A DNA stretch of 64,000 nucleotides from Schmidtea polychroa (taxonomy: Eukaryota): the NCBI GenBank assembly GCA_044892525.1, contig CM097886.1, positions 114,576,001 to 114,640,000 of the forward strand, written 5' to 3'. Positions 19,877-33,724 of the stretch are shown in pieces (position 1 is the first letter of the stretch; each line of letters begins with the position of its first letter). The notes beneath the pieces were generated by a model. That model had not been told where the DNA came from. It saw only the letters and a list, made by a program, of their open reading frames with translations, and made no database searches. A program made the position numbers and the translations under genes.

Positions 19877-20547
19877 GGTGCTCACTTGGTCAACGTGAGC
19901 ACCTACAAGTTTTTATGAATTTTTTGAAACGCATCTTTTTCTCTAATTAAATCCTTTGACAAAGTTCGCAACTTTCTTTCCCTTAAATTCAATCTCAGCT
20001 TCCTTTACACCATCATTATATCTTTCTAAAATTCGAAATTTATTAATTCGGAAATTGTTTGTGATTCCTAACTGTGGTTGCGCGAGATTTCGAGTTCTGA
20101 GACTAGATATTACCAGAAATTGAGTTGATAAACATTTGTCGACCTCTGAGGAAGAGCAGTTGATTGATTTGAAAGAAGATTTGCTGCGATAAACAACTTT
20201 TGGACAAGTTGAGATTTCAGAATTTTCGATCAGCCTTCGCAGTCTGTATCCAGAATTGTGCTTGAAAGCCCTGAAAATTTTGCTGTCGTCAACTTCCTAT
20301 TTGTGTGAGCTAGGATTTTCAGCACTGACTGAAATCATGTCCAAGAAGCGAGAAAGACTGCTGATGGTTGACCAAGAAATGAGAGTCTGTTTGTCAACGA
20401 TTGAACCTAGAATTGAAAAAATTTGCTGGGAAAGCCAATTTAATGTCGCTCATTAAAACTACTAAAACAAAATTATATTTTAAATTCTAATTTTTGACCT
20501 TTTTAACTGTCGGGGTTCTTCCGAAAAAACAAGTTTGGGAATCACTG
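19877..20547 (+). mobile_element. hAT (Buster/Charlie-type) transposon 3' remnant
   Basis: C-terminal dimerisation motif LKILL..STSYLCELGFSAL..KKRERL...MRVCLSTIEPRI..AH; end sequence TTTGGGAATCACTG. Confidence 0.8.
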
Positions 20548-21198
20548 GGTCTTTTAATTTTATCGATTTTATTATTTTTATTCTTTTTTTATCAGTCATT
20601 TATTTTCTAATTTAATAAATATTTCATTTTATTGCTTTTTTTTGATAATTCATTTTTCAATTGTCTAAATAATTATATTTCTGCAAATAATTCCTTAATT
20701 TGTTTTAATTTTACTTTTAAATTGTTTCTTTAATCTACGTTCTTCTGTTTTCTCCTCATCTTATTTTCTTGAATTTTTCGTTTAATTCGATCATATTTTA
20801 TTTTTTCCTGTTTTCTTTTTTCTCATTTTTGTGTTATTTTATTTCAATTTCAACTTTTCGATTCTTATTTTTTTCTGATTCTTGCTCAGCACATTGGAAA
20901 TTAGAGTAATTATCTTATAGTTTATCCTCTGGCGGTCAAATATCCGTTATTGCACCAGGGTAATGTATTATTCTGTGTGTCGTAGACTTTGGACTCCTGT
21001 AATTCGTGCAATTCATCCGACTTTAGCTGTCTATTTCACTAAATCGTACAAGATTGGATAGATCTACTTCTTTACCTGTAGATTCGTTTGTACCTGTAGT
21101 AAATGCATCTGAATTCATTTGGTGACTAAGTGGATCGTGAAAACTCGCTTGTATGTGTCAGCTCATTACACAAAAAATTTTTGAGATACGCTTCCTAT

Positions 21199-24100
21199 TG
21201 TTGGCGGGTAGCTACTCGGATGACCTTCTTTAGTACCGCTTTTAGTCTAGAGGATGAATGCCCCCATCAATTACACTTGTCTTTATCCCGGTCATCGCTG
21301 AGCAGGGCCCGTACATAACCTATACTCCAACATAGCACCCGTGAATCGCTTCACGTTGGAACTGTGCTATGTCGGCGAGACGCCAGTAAGCAGGTGAGCC
21401 ATCTCCTTCGGACTACTCCTTACTGAGGCCTCGACTTCCTAACCCTGACTGCCGATAGAAGGACTTACGTCTTTTATCCCGTCACCTATCGCCATGTTTC
21501 TAACTGGGATTGCCAATTGACTAATGCTCCTATTTTTTGCGACTCTCAATGCTATTTACCAATTTCGAATCAACTGTCTTAAAATAAACACAAAAAAAAA
21601 ACGTATGCAGACAAAAATGGTTTATTGTGAGAATTTTTATACACATATATTACAAACTTATACCACCCAATTTACAAGAACAAGGAAACACAAAGATAGA
21701 AAATGTTATCAGTAGATGTTCAAGTCCCTCTAGAGGATGAAGCCATTTTACGGGGAAGTTCTCATTTTTCCCACTCCGAGTCGGCGAGTAACTCGTTTAA
21801 ATCGAAGAATTCGGCGGCATTTTCTTCCCATGACACCCCGGTAGCGGAGATGACTCGCCCTGCGATTCCGGTTGTTAGATCGACGACTGCTGAATTACTG
21901 CTGCCCTCGACTGGGGTGGCGATTGATGGTAAAATCTGTTTGACGGAAGCCCGCTCGCGTTGCTTTCGTTTTCGTTCGGCGCGTGACAATTGCCGACGTT
22001 TAGGTTTTGAAGCGGTCGGTATTTGCACTCTTGAGGAAGATGCGGTGCTTGACGGTACCTTACTAGTTCCGGTGAATACGACGTCTTGACTTCTGGGAGA
22101 GAGCTCGGTCTCCACGCACCCATGGCAGGACTTTCCGACTGGAGATGAAGACCCGCCAGAGATATCATGATGTGCTGGGAAAAGATTACTGGCTTCATTA
22201 ATTGGGATCTTCGCGATCTTCCTTGTAGTTGCTGCCTGGACGTATGATTTGTGTAGCGCCTCCGACTGCTCTTTTATTAGGCTCCTCTGCGCCCGACTCT
22301 CCGAAATTAACGCGTCTCGACAGTGCTCGCTTCGGTGCAGCTTCTTCTGAGCCTCTTTCATCTGGGTGGGACTAAACCGTGTCCCCTCTAACTCATCTAT
22401 TTTTCTTTTATACTTCCCGATTTGGGCCTGGAGATCTTTGATGATCGAATTCTTGTCGGAGCAAGAAAAACAAGGTCTGAGAATGGTTGTGGAATTGGGC
22501 AACATTTTGAGTGACTGTGAAGAAAAATGAAAAATGAAGATAGATTAAATCAACGAGAGTGTCGCCATCTGATCACACTCATACTCTACTGATCATAGAC
22601 AAAATTATGGGTTTACCGGTCAACAAGATTCTACTGCACGATGGATCCTCATACCTTTTGGGTCTTTAATTATAAGAAGATAAATCGATCAAGCCAGATT
22701 TCGCACAAGGAAAGGGAGACATTACCACTAGTGAGAGAAATTCTCGGTCGATGAAAATTATTATTTATTTAATCCGCTTGAAGTCACTAATTCACGTTTG
22801 CAGAGAATCGGGTGAAATTGTTGATTTTTCCCCCCAAATGAGTGATTTCGATGCGTGTATCATGTACCGGGGTCGATTAAGTACTTACGGTTAAGGGGGG
22901 GTCCATAATTTCCTTTAAATAGTTCGTTTATGATGAACGGAAAGTTATTTAATTTTTCGATTATTTATTTGTGATAACGGAAAATTGTATCGATGTGAGA
23001 AAGTAGCAGAGCAAATCCTACTAAGTAGATAAGCAAAATATCAGCCTGATGGTTGACTATCCATCCCGAGCGATGAAATCTAATGCCGGTCAGTGGTTTA
23101 ATTAGATAACGGAAAACTCCATCTGACACGTTCGGCCTGATTTTCTATGGGTAAAGGTTAGTGTAACTTTACACACTGCGATTGGCTGCTATAGTGTGTT
23201 TGAACATGTGTGACGCATGCGAGTTGCGATTTCACACACTTATCTCTACTCGTAACTACTAATGGAGGTTCTTCAATGTTTGCATGCTGGCATATTCTCT
23301 GGTTACTATCTACTGCATAATTGCTCACAATTCCCCTGCACATGCTGATGGCCTAATAATTCTCACGGAAACATTGGAAGAAATTACGATTCTCTATGTC
23401 GTAAATGTTGGATATAATTTGCTCCAAGGGTGGATTTCTTTTTAACCTCTCAAATGCGATTTATCGATCTGTTCCTGAAATTCTGGAGATTTTCTACCTA
23501 TCCCCGCTGGATTTCCAACTTCATGAAATACGGGAATTTTACATTTAAGTAACAAGACTCATCAGGCTAACTTAAAAAAAAATATATTTTTCTTGGCTCG
23601 ACTTAGTTGCATTTTTCATTTCAAATTATTTGATGCCAATCATTTATGTAATTACGAAAATTAGTTGAAGTAAATATTTTTATATAATTCTAAAAAATTA
23701 ATTGAAGTAAATTATTTTATGTAATTCAAAATTTTATTTGGAACAAACTCGTTTTATGAAATTCTAATAATTATCTGAAATAAATCATTTTACGTGGTTC
23801 TACAATCCATTCGTAAACAGTCATTTTGAATAATCCTAATAATTATCTGAAGCAATCTACTTTGAGCTTCCTTGCAACTATGTCTTTAAGAGAACTTTTA
23901 GATGAAAGAAATAACAGTTCAAAAGGTCATAGGCCGAAAATTTGTAGGAGTAGGTTCCGAGCGCAAAGCATGAACATCGAAGATATATCACATATAGCCC
24001 CACTAATGTCTGAACGATTGTTTGACACACAACTTACATCGATGATAGAGAAAATTTGGCTTAGTAGAAACGATATCTGGAGACGATGGTGTGACGCCCT

Positions 24101-25184
24101 CAATCACTGCGCGAATACCTAAGAATCCTCCGATTCATTTATTACATATCTTTGTTTTCAATCACTATATGACTATCAATTTTCTGCCACAATTTGCCTA
24201 TAGATTTTGGTCGCACCTTCAGCGATTGGACCCGTGAAGAAGCCCTCACATTTCGGCCCAATCTAGCTGCGTGATTGAAATACCCTATGTCCACCGGTGG
24301 AGCTCCCGAAGGCACCTCACACCATGACATAGAGTATCTCAACGCCACGTTCCTCAAAAATTTAATTAACATAATAATAACTCATAAAGATAATTCATCA
24401 AAGAAAAATCAATAATTCCTAGAAAGTAAATCATTTATTATTAAATAACCAGATCATTAAATTAAATAACATGCTTGAAATCAAACGAAAAGAAAAGGTA
24501 AGATCTTTAAATTTAAATTATAATTAGATTATACCATTACTTATAAATTCAAAATAAGAAATCCAAAAATCCTTACCGAGTGTTTCAAATAGGCTGAGTC
24601 GAAAAGTATTAAGTAGAATTAATTAATACTAGAATCGAATATAGATTTAGATGAAGTTTCTTGAGTCTTGGAATAGTCCTTGTGATGATCCTGTAAGTCA
24701 GTGTCTGTTGCTGTGAATCGCTAGTTCTATAGTAGTTGTTGGATTAACGGTCACGGTAATTAAAATACACTTACCTATAGTAGTTGTTGGATTAACGGTA
24801 ATTATAATGATTTTAATGTCTGCTTATATATTAGTTTTCTATTTACGCGGACCAATCAGCATTGAATACCGCCTTATTTTATTAATTTAATTTATTTTCC
24901 TTGTTTTTGGGTTATTTCTTCCTATTTTCTTTATTAAAATTATGTTTTTATTTATTTTCCTTAATTTCCTTATTATCTAATATATTTTACGTTATTTTTC
25001 GTCATTCTATTGTCCTATTTTAATTTTTCTTATTTTTATATTTTTTGTTTTAATTCCTATTTTCTAATTATTGTTTTTCTTATGTTCTATTCTATTTTGT
25101 TCGTAAATTTGTTTATTTTATTTCTTTATTTTACTTTAGTACATTTGACCTAATCTCCCAGCTACCCTTCGGTTCAGCCCAACA
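21199..25184 (-). repeat. Solo LTR of the giant gypsy family, 4-bp TSD CTAT
   Basis: TGTTG/CAACA ends; CTAT at 21195-21198 and 25185-25188; collinear with 10524-14520. Confidence 0.95.
21762..22505 (-). pseudogene. Copy of the LTR-encoded ORF, truncated near its C-terminus by TGG>TGA stops
   Basis: Near-identical protein to 13216-14064 up to EWEK; similarity continues past the stop. Confidence 0.85.
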
Positions 25185-25360
25185 CTATAATATAAGAAAA
25201 AATCAATAATCTTATACACCAAAGGGCAATTGAAGATGGCTAAATGGACATTAATTTAAAGATTAATAATATAAATAAAACCTACTTATAATAAATGTGT
25301 GTGTGTGTCATAACCAAGTGATATATATTTTAATTCATGATATTAAATAATGGTTTACAC

Positions 25361-25991
25361 CAGAGGTATGCAGCCAAAAGTGGTCCGAGGGCCACTTTTA
25401 GGAAAATTATTTTTATAGGGCCAGAAAAAATTTTTAAAAAAAACCCCCGCTCAAATAAAAAAACCCAATTTCTTTTCAGCGGAATTTTTCTTAGGGTTTA
25501 CCTTTTAATCTAAAAAAACAGGACACTATACGGTTAATTACTGCAGCTAGTTAGCATAGGTACAATAATATCCGCTTTAAACTATTTAAAAATATGAACA
25601 GATTAATTATTTTATTCTTTCTGTGACTTTGAACTCTCCACAAGAGAATTAATGTCCGGTGAAATCCCGGATATTGCTAATCGCAAGGAACTTTCAAGAT
25701 GATGATCAGTTATCCTGGATCTCTGAACTGATTTAACGAATTTCATTCTGGAGAAATTAAATAAATCTACACAAAACTAAATAAATTTAAACAAAATTAA
25801 GCAAATGCAATATAAATCATACACAAAATTAAGTAAACTTACACAAAAATTACTAATAATTTTTTAAAAGGAATTTTTTTAATCGCGGAGCCTTTTAGCT
25901 ATCAAAGTATAAAACTCAATTTATTCGTATGTTTTTTGATTTCCACGGGCCAGAAAAATTCGCCTCACGGGCCACCATTTGCACGCCCCTG
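25361..25991. mobile_element. Non-autonomous hAT element (MITE-like)
   Basis: Imperfect TIRs CAGAGGTATGCA / TGCACGCCCCTG; 8-bp flanks GTTTACAC / GTTTACAT. Confidence 0.75.
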
Positions 25992-26803
25992 GTTTACATT
26001 ATTGATGGATAGAAAAATTCGCTGTTTGAAGAAAAATAAATACCTGCACACAAGCACGGCTCACAAATGGACATTTAATAAACTCTAAATTTTTAATTTT
26101 AAAATGAATAAATATGAATATATTTAAGGATATCTCTGATGCTAACCCATTTTGAAACTCCACCTAGATTGTCTTCAGTAAAATTAAAAAAAAGAAAGGA
26201 TTAACGTTTTCTTAGCTAATGAATTTAGCAGAATGAGTTTCAATAATATATTTCCTGCAATACTCCAAGCAGGTAATGTAGAACTTCAAAAACCAGATTA
26301 CAGTAATTTGAGAAATTACTATCATCACATTAAAAGTTTCTATCCTAAATTTATGATAAAACAAGGCATTTTAGGATTAATGTTAAGTTTTTGTCCATGT
26401 TAAAATAAATATATAAATGTCTTACCTCCTTTATCATAAAATCTAAAATATAGTTATATTAAATAAAAAAGAAAATAAATCATTTAATTACATAGAATTT
26501 AATATTAAAATTACCGTTAATATTAAAATTAACTCAAAGCGCAATTGACTGGATTTTATTTAATGTACAATAAGCCATTATTAATTGCGCTTTGGTGTAT
26601 TATACAAATTCTCATTGATAGTGCAATAAGATACGCTTTACAATATAGAAATCGAAAACGTGGTAGAAAAATTAAATACTGCACACAGCACATACTAAAA
26701 ATACATGCAAACTTTCGATATATAGAATCGCGTCGCTAAGACACGTTCTATAACTTTTTGCAACATTTTAAATTTGGGATTGTTTTCTTGTTTTATTTTA
26801 TTT

Positions 26804-27600
26804 TAGGGCATAACCGACTTTTGATCCGGAAATCGGGTTCTGTCGGATTTTGACCAAACCGATTAATCGGTATCGGCACCAACGCGAAACCGATCCAAAT
26901 AATAAAAAGAACGCGTTTTTAACAATTAAAATGAAACATAAAAATATATGTTGTTAATACAGAATAAAAATCAGCAGGCATAAACATAAACAATTAATAA
27001 CATAAATAATAGCATAAACATCTACAATTAATATTAAAATACAAATTTATGTAACTATGTTTAACTATATCTGTCCGGAACTATCCGGATCGTATCCGGA
27101 ATCCGGAATCGGCGGGAAAATGACAATCGGCTATGCCATATTTTATTTCATTTATTTTAAGTTTAACCAATATAAGACAATATAAGAAAGAGTTTATTAC
27201 AGGAGTGAATAGTAGTCTATATTACATTATATGTAATAAAAACGTCGATTGCTGCCGTAAATCAACCGTTGACAAACATAGGGATAGTCAAGAGCACAAT
27301 GAAGCTGTTCTGTCGAATAAAAAAGACAACAATCTAAATCAGTCATATTGAAATGACACAATGAAAAGTTTACAGAGAAAGTTGTCGATGCATTCTGATA
27401 TTCCTTTGTACAAATTGATGAATTCTAAATTGAAAGTATTATTGGTGGAAAATAACAATCAAACTATTTCAGAATCGCAAGCAAGAAGATATGTAGAAAA
27501 AATCTTTAATGAACAAAGCTTTGAAATGATAATTTATAAAAAGAAAAACCTAAAAAAATAAGGAGTTTCATGATTATATGATTGAGTAATTTGTGCTCTA
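26804..27600 (+). mobile_element. Possible hAT 5' end with CCGG/ACCG subterminal repeats and decayed coding sequence
   Basis: TAGGG start, clustered CCGGA repeats, broken ORFs after 27133; no second TIR found. Confidence 0.4.
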
Positions 27601-30499
27601 AATGTAGATTAAATCAAAATTAGTCATAAACTATTATACTTGCAACTTTTGCAACTTTTAATCAAAAATGTTGGCAACTTTGGGGTTAGTAGTATAGAAA
27701 GATCTTCCCTTAGTGGACCATGACTAGGAGGGGTAAAGAGTTATAAAAAAGAGTTTTTTCAAGCAAGCCACCTTGGACAGATATCTACAAAATTTCAAAC
27801 CTAATTAGTTTATCTAACCAGTTAGTTTTTCAAATTTGAAACTCCAACAGGTAGACTTAGAAATTGATCAAACTTTGAACCATATAGTTTGCTAGCATGG
27901 CAAGCTTGAATAAATACTTTGTAACAAAGTTACGAAGTTTGGTAACAAAATGAGTACTGGCGGAAGAACTGCTCTGGAAAATTCTCCGGAAAATAATTCT
28001 CGGAAAAAAGTTTATGATTTTTAATATTTCTAGGATTATGAAAATAAAAAAAAATTTTATTACGATTGTGAAAATAAAATTCACTGGAAATATTATCAGG
28101 AAAAATTATTCTCGGGGAAATAATTTTTCAGAAAATTCTCGGACTTGTAATAATTCCGAAAAAAAATAATTGATATAAAAAATGATATTAATAAAAGTTA
28201 ATTCTAGTATTATATATAAATTAGTCAAATTAGTTCCATATTTTTTATAAATTTCATATAAATTTTCCATAATTCTTAAAAGATGATGACCATATGGAAG
28301 TGTTGTTTTTAAATCTGATTAAATCCATCTTCTGTCATCATAATTATCGATGGGATTTTTTAATAATATTATGTTTTAGAGATTTTATATTGTGAATTAT
28401 GGCACACTTTTTTCTGAATTTTTTTTAAAGCCATCTTGAAAATCTTTGTATTTAATTTTTTTACTAACATTTTTCTTCATTCCTTTATTTTTATTTTCTT
28501 CGCCGTTTATTAATTCCATAGCATATTGTTTTGATCTAATAGAAACAAGATTTACTATAGGACTATTCGGTTTCTCGTCTTTCTAAGTAAATAATTCTCC
28601 GGGGCTGTTTATTAAATTATTTAAAATCTGTTTTTTCAAGCTCTTCAAAAGTATTGTGGGACTAAAACTAAATTTAGACCCAAACTTTAGGAACGGTGAC
28701 GTAGTTTGTCAGTACACAACACACATTCAGCATCATGTAGAGCAAAAGTAAAACATAATAAACACCAAATAAACAAATATAATAAAAAAGCACAATACAC
28801 AAATGTAAAATATTCAAATTTAAAAAAAATTGAAACACGATCAAGTACTTCACCAATCTTACTCAAACGCAACATGAAGACATAACATCGATAAACGAAT
28901 TCTAATTATGGAGGTAAAGTAGAAATACGAAAGGAAACAAAAAGATTTCCATAAAATCACGACGAAAAATAATTTAAAGACCAAATTATGCAAAAAATTG
29001 AACCAAAAATCCAGAACATCCATCATGGTCGCCGAACTTGCACACCAAAAATAGGATATATAAACTAACACATTTCGTCACTTTTCAATTCTTACTCTTA
29101 TGCCAAAATTTTGATTTTCTAAGATTGGAAGTAAGGACGATTTTGTTGTGAATTATAAATTAATAGTATTTAAACCTCGTTTTCATTTTTTCATTTAGCT
29201 ACAAAGATGTAGGTTTGAGTGAGATCGTCGGTTATCATTGTTTTTTTGAAGCGAGATCCCAGCCAACCCTACACCTATGCACCTTTTCGTTATTGGGTCC
29301 ACAACTCAACAACGGCTAGCAAACACAAGCCAGTAAAATTATTTTTCTTTTTGTATCACCAGAGGTCCTACTTACTTCGTGGTTTTGGTGTCTGGCATAG
29401 CCATACGGCTATGTGCGCTAAAATCAAATTAATTAATTTCAGAAGTGACCCTTCCAAGAATAAAATGCATAAAATCGATAAAGAAATTTAGAGACGTGGT
29501 GAGTTTCTCACTAAGATCACTACGAGTACAACGATGAAGTTTAGTATGGGCATGATTATTCTCTAAGATTAGAATACACTTCATTTATCATTCTCAATTG
29601 ACGTTTCAAAAGATAGGCGTATATTTTAATATTTATATGTTTAAAAAAATCTAAATTTTTTTAAATCTATATAAAATAATATCGATTGTTTCCGTCAAAT
29701 GAAATGACGGATATTTAATATAGTAACGAAATGAAATATAACCTGTAATATATTTAAAGCGATATTTACATAATCATCAATTAAATTATAACTAAACTGT
29801 CTTTAGGGAATCTGTATATTGATATTTGAAAAGTTAAATTATTTATCTATTATTTATACCAAGGGTGGCAAAGGTGTCGCCCGCCTATCTAATATCTACA
29901 TATCTCTGTCATTCCGGGAATCGGCTGCTAAGTGCATGTGCGACAGAGACGACGTGCTACAAAGCCGAAGCTAGCCGATAATCGATGACAGTATCTTTCT
30001 AAAAGCCGACACGCATACTTATCGTCGGGTATAACCATTCCTTGGGCAGCAGTGTAACAAGAGTTGACTTTTAGGTTATAAGAGCTCGCGGGCGACTTTT
30101 ACAAGTGACACTCCGATATAATTCGCTACATTTGGTTCTGCATGCAGTGTAAAAAAAACAAATTTTATTTTATGATATCAAACTGGCTTCATGCCGAAGA
30201 GGAGATAAATTCTCACCCTTATGTAATCTGCAGCTTTTATGTGTGATATCTTCGGATGCTAGAGTTAAAACTCCCGCATCAAACGTGTTTTCTCCCGAAC
30301 ACTTCAGTCGGGTAAGGTATATGATAATTATGGCAAGCCATATCCTTCATGAAGCTCCGGGCATTGGCTCATTCATAATTTAGTTGGCAGGATCTTCATC
30401 CGGAATTAATCTAAAAGTTAATTATTTGGAGTAGGAAGACTCCATTTGTGATTTTGTAGCGTTTTATAGTGTTATACTTTTATTATATTTAGGTTAGAA

Positions 30500-33400
30500 A
30501 GGATAATGTAGAGGTAGTAATATATATTAATAATACGAACAACGAAAAAGATATTATCAGTTAGACTGAGGCCCTACAAGGACTCCTACAACTACCCACT
30601 AATAATATGTATAAACATTTAATTACGTTTTCTTTTCTTCTTTTTATTATTATTAGATTTTTTGGTAGTTTTTTTATGGTCATTTGATATTATAATATTT
30701 TTAGCAGTTACTTTTAAATCGGGTATTTGTTCAAGTTTTTTAACTTTACGGGACTTCTATTAGTCAAATCAGGTCTCAACTTTTTTACGTTTATAAGGGT
30801 ATTAAAAACATACTGCCTGGTTCGATCAGATAGATATATATATTGTAACTTAGTTCAGATACATTCTCTGTACAGAGAATATCGTAGAACATATTCATCA
30901 TTTTTTTCTCTTCAAAAAATTCATCATCATCACGGTTAGTTACTGTTGGCCTTTCGTTGAAGGGTTTTTCTATTTTTGGCATTTGTTCAAGTTTTTTAAT
31001 ATTTTTTAGTCCGTTAATCAAGGCCAATCTAACGTCTCTTTCGTCTGATAGTCGATTATAGTAGTACATCTGTTCACCCGTCATACATGTCGCATACGGT
31101 GGGTTTTCTTTGTTTTTTATAAATACAGTTTGGAAAAAAAGATTATGAAATTCATTACGATCTTCATTGATATAGTTAGGGTTATTATCATCGGAATTGG
31201 AGTCTATATTTAAGTCGTCTTCATCATCAATATCATTTTCGGGTTCAATTAAGCTATCGTCTATGCAACTGGAAACTGGAAATGTTGTTATTTCGTCCAC
31301 CCGATGATAAACCGGGAATACGTTACATTTGTCCAACACTGGGTACTCCCTAATTCGTTGTCTTAATTCAGCTTCCGAATACACTTTATAGAGAGCCTCG
31401 GATTGGGTTTTTAATGGTGAGCCTCTGACATCTGCTCTCTTCCCGACTATCCCTGCAATGCTCTAATCGTAGAATTTTTTGATTACGTTCTTTCATCTGT
31501 GACGAGGAGAACCACGTGGACTCGAGCGTGTCTATACGCTTTTTTATTGCCCCTATGCATTCCTGCAGTTTTTTCATACTCACATTCTTATCGGCACACG
31601 AGATGCAAGGTCTCGGACCGCGAGGTGGCAGATTCGATTCAGACATACTAGAAGAATCACATTTTAATAAATTATTTAACATAAGATCATCACGCTCTAC
31701 TCTTTTGGCTCATCTTTCACAAGTCATTTATATTGCACTATTTAGAATTTACCCCTCAGCATAAAACAATTTAATCATGGGATTTTATTAATAACATTCG
31801 CAAGCTTTGAAGAAATTTAACGAAAATGTTTCGCATCAAAAATGATAAGTAGGGGATCTGATTTTTACTATTAATAAATTAATTTTATTAAAACCATTTA
31901 TTAATTGATAGTTGAATTATTTCAATTAAATCGTACTAGTTCTCTGTTGTAATTTGTTAATTGCATCGACCCGATTTCTTTATGTTTGGGATCCGATTGT
32001 TTATGATGATTGTTTATGAAATGGAAATGGTTGACAGGGCTATCGGAAAAATTCAAGCTGACAAAATCGGTGAATCTGTTTATTTTTATTAATTTTCGAG
32101 ATTTGGAATCTATTTATCATTATCATCATGATGCATCCTCGATTGGTAGTAATCTAGTCCGAGTGGAAATATACGAAATCGTCATCCTGCAGAGGATGTT
32201 TATTCTACCCCAAGTGGAATACATTTACGTAAAAGGTAAACATTGTGATGCTGTCATTGTCATCGCCGTGGTCGGATGATCAACTATCGAATAAACGTGA
32301 GAAACTTTCGCTTGTGCTCGACGAAATTATATATCTAACTTTATGGTGTTGGTATTTGGAAGTAATGAACATGGCTGTTTCATCCAAATGTAATGTAATC
32401 ACTCTCTAGTCGAGTATAGTAGTCAACATCGGATTTTCCACCTATGGGCGATCTGGATCAAATTTAAAGAGTTCGAACAACAAAAAAAATCAGAAGTAGC
32501 ATCTCATGAAAATTTCGCATCATCTCGTTGAGAGTAACAATAATCAGGTTACGAACGGGAATCTATTCTGTTTTACAATTCATTGCCGAAGAGTACATCT
32601 TTGCCGGAAAACAGGAATTTCTCGTCATATATGATACTTTCACTACAATCTACTGCAAAAGTCGTTGCCCGAGTATCGCCATCCATGTGGACAGCTGGGA
32701 ACCACTGACACGAGTGTCAACTATCCCCAACCGACTCCCACGAATAGGTCAAGTATATCTATATTTTATGACAAATAATAATAATTCAAAATTCTCATAT
32801 TCAACCATACTATTCTTATTTATAAATGTCAATTCTATGCTAACTTCCAATACATAAAAATTGTCCAATCCTTGATGACATTCAACGATCACATTCTCTC
32901 CAGACAAAACCATACTCGGATACCATTCATCTCCTACTATTATTTCTCATCTCAAGCATTTCCACATGGCTTTTACAACTGCTGGCATTTCTACTTTCCA
33001 AAATGACCATATCGGCGTTCATAACTCTTCAATTTTCATATTCACTTCCTCAATCACCAGTAGAAGATCTACCATTAAATTTTCTGTGGTCTTCGGCATC
33101 CAAATTCCTTTGTAATTCGATCGGCATGTAAATTCTCACTTTCGTCATGATTCTAATTCATACTCTCCATTCTTTGAATGGTCTACGCATAACTTCCCTG
33201 GCCTAAGGATGTCTCGTGGTTAATTGTCGCTTCTGAGAGAAGGTCATCGCTGAAGCATTTCATATAAACAATGAAAACATTTTTATCTGTTTGCGCGAAG
33301 AGAAAACTCATTCAGTTGATTTCTAACCAATTTATTTAAGCTCATATTTTAGTTACATAATGATATTCTAATAAATAGTAAAATAAAATTAAAAAATATT

Positions 33401-33720
33401 TACATTTTCTCCTTTCTTTGTTCGCTGTGATGCTAAAATTTGAAGGATGATTGTTGAACTGGTTCCACAATTGGATCTGTGTAAGAGTTTGGTAGATTAA
33501 TTAAATTGAAATTTACAATAAGATTTTACCCGTGTAAGAGTTTGGTAGATTAAGGGAATTGATCAAGTGATTTTCTTATATAGTAATTTTTGTCCAATCA
33601 GGACTTAGCTCGTGTGTAATATGGTGTTTTTCTCTTATTTTGTGCCTTTTTAATTGTTTTTCTGAGTTAATTATCTATTTCTTTTGGTTAATTTATTAAA
33701 TAGTTTAATCTTTATTTTTC
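30500..33720 (-). repeat. LTR of a third, more distant giant-gypsy family (5' end deleted, 3' end not resolved)
   Basis: Same order as the 10524 LTR: A-rich U3, CTGATTGG, TATATAAG, duplicated exon/mini-intron followed by ATCC, then TTCTAG-T-ATG of a homologous ORF. Confidence 0.7.
30791..31646 (-). pseudogene. Diverged homologue of the LTR-encoded ORF with one 1-nt frameshift near 31410
   Basis: RPCISCADKN...KKRIDTLESTWFSSSQMKE...EHCRD matches RPCFSCSDKN...KRKIDELEGTWFSPTQMKE...EHCRD. Removing one C gives TIKNQSEALYKVY, matching LIKEQSEALHKLY. The C-terminal half is different and acidic. Confidence 0.8.
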
Positions 33721-33724
33721 CTCC

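Noticed and set aside
20550-21190. Possible decayed coding sequence on the minus strand at the solo-LTR insertion site
   Set aside because: No recognisable motif.
27940-28620. Repeated AATTCTCCGGAAAA motifs around a possible MULE-like coding remnant
   Set aside because: Too degraded to assign ends or family.
29860-30450. GC-richer block that might be the U5 end of the third LTR
   Set aside because: No CAACA terminus or clear similarity to the other LTR ends; boundary left open.
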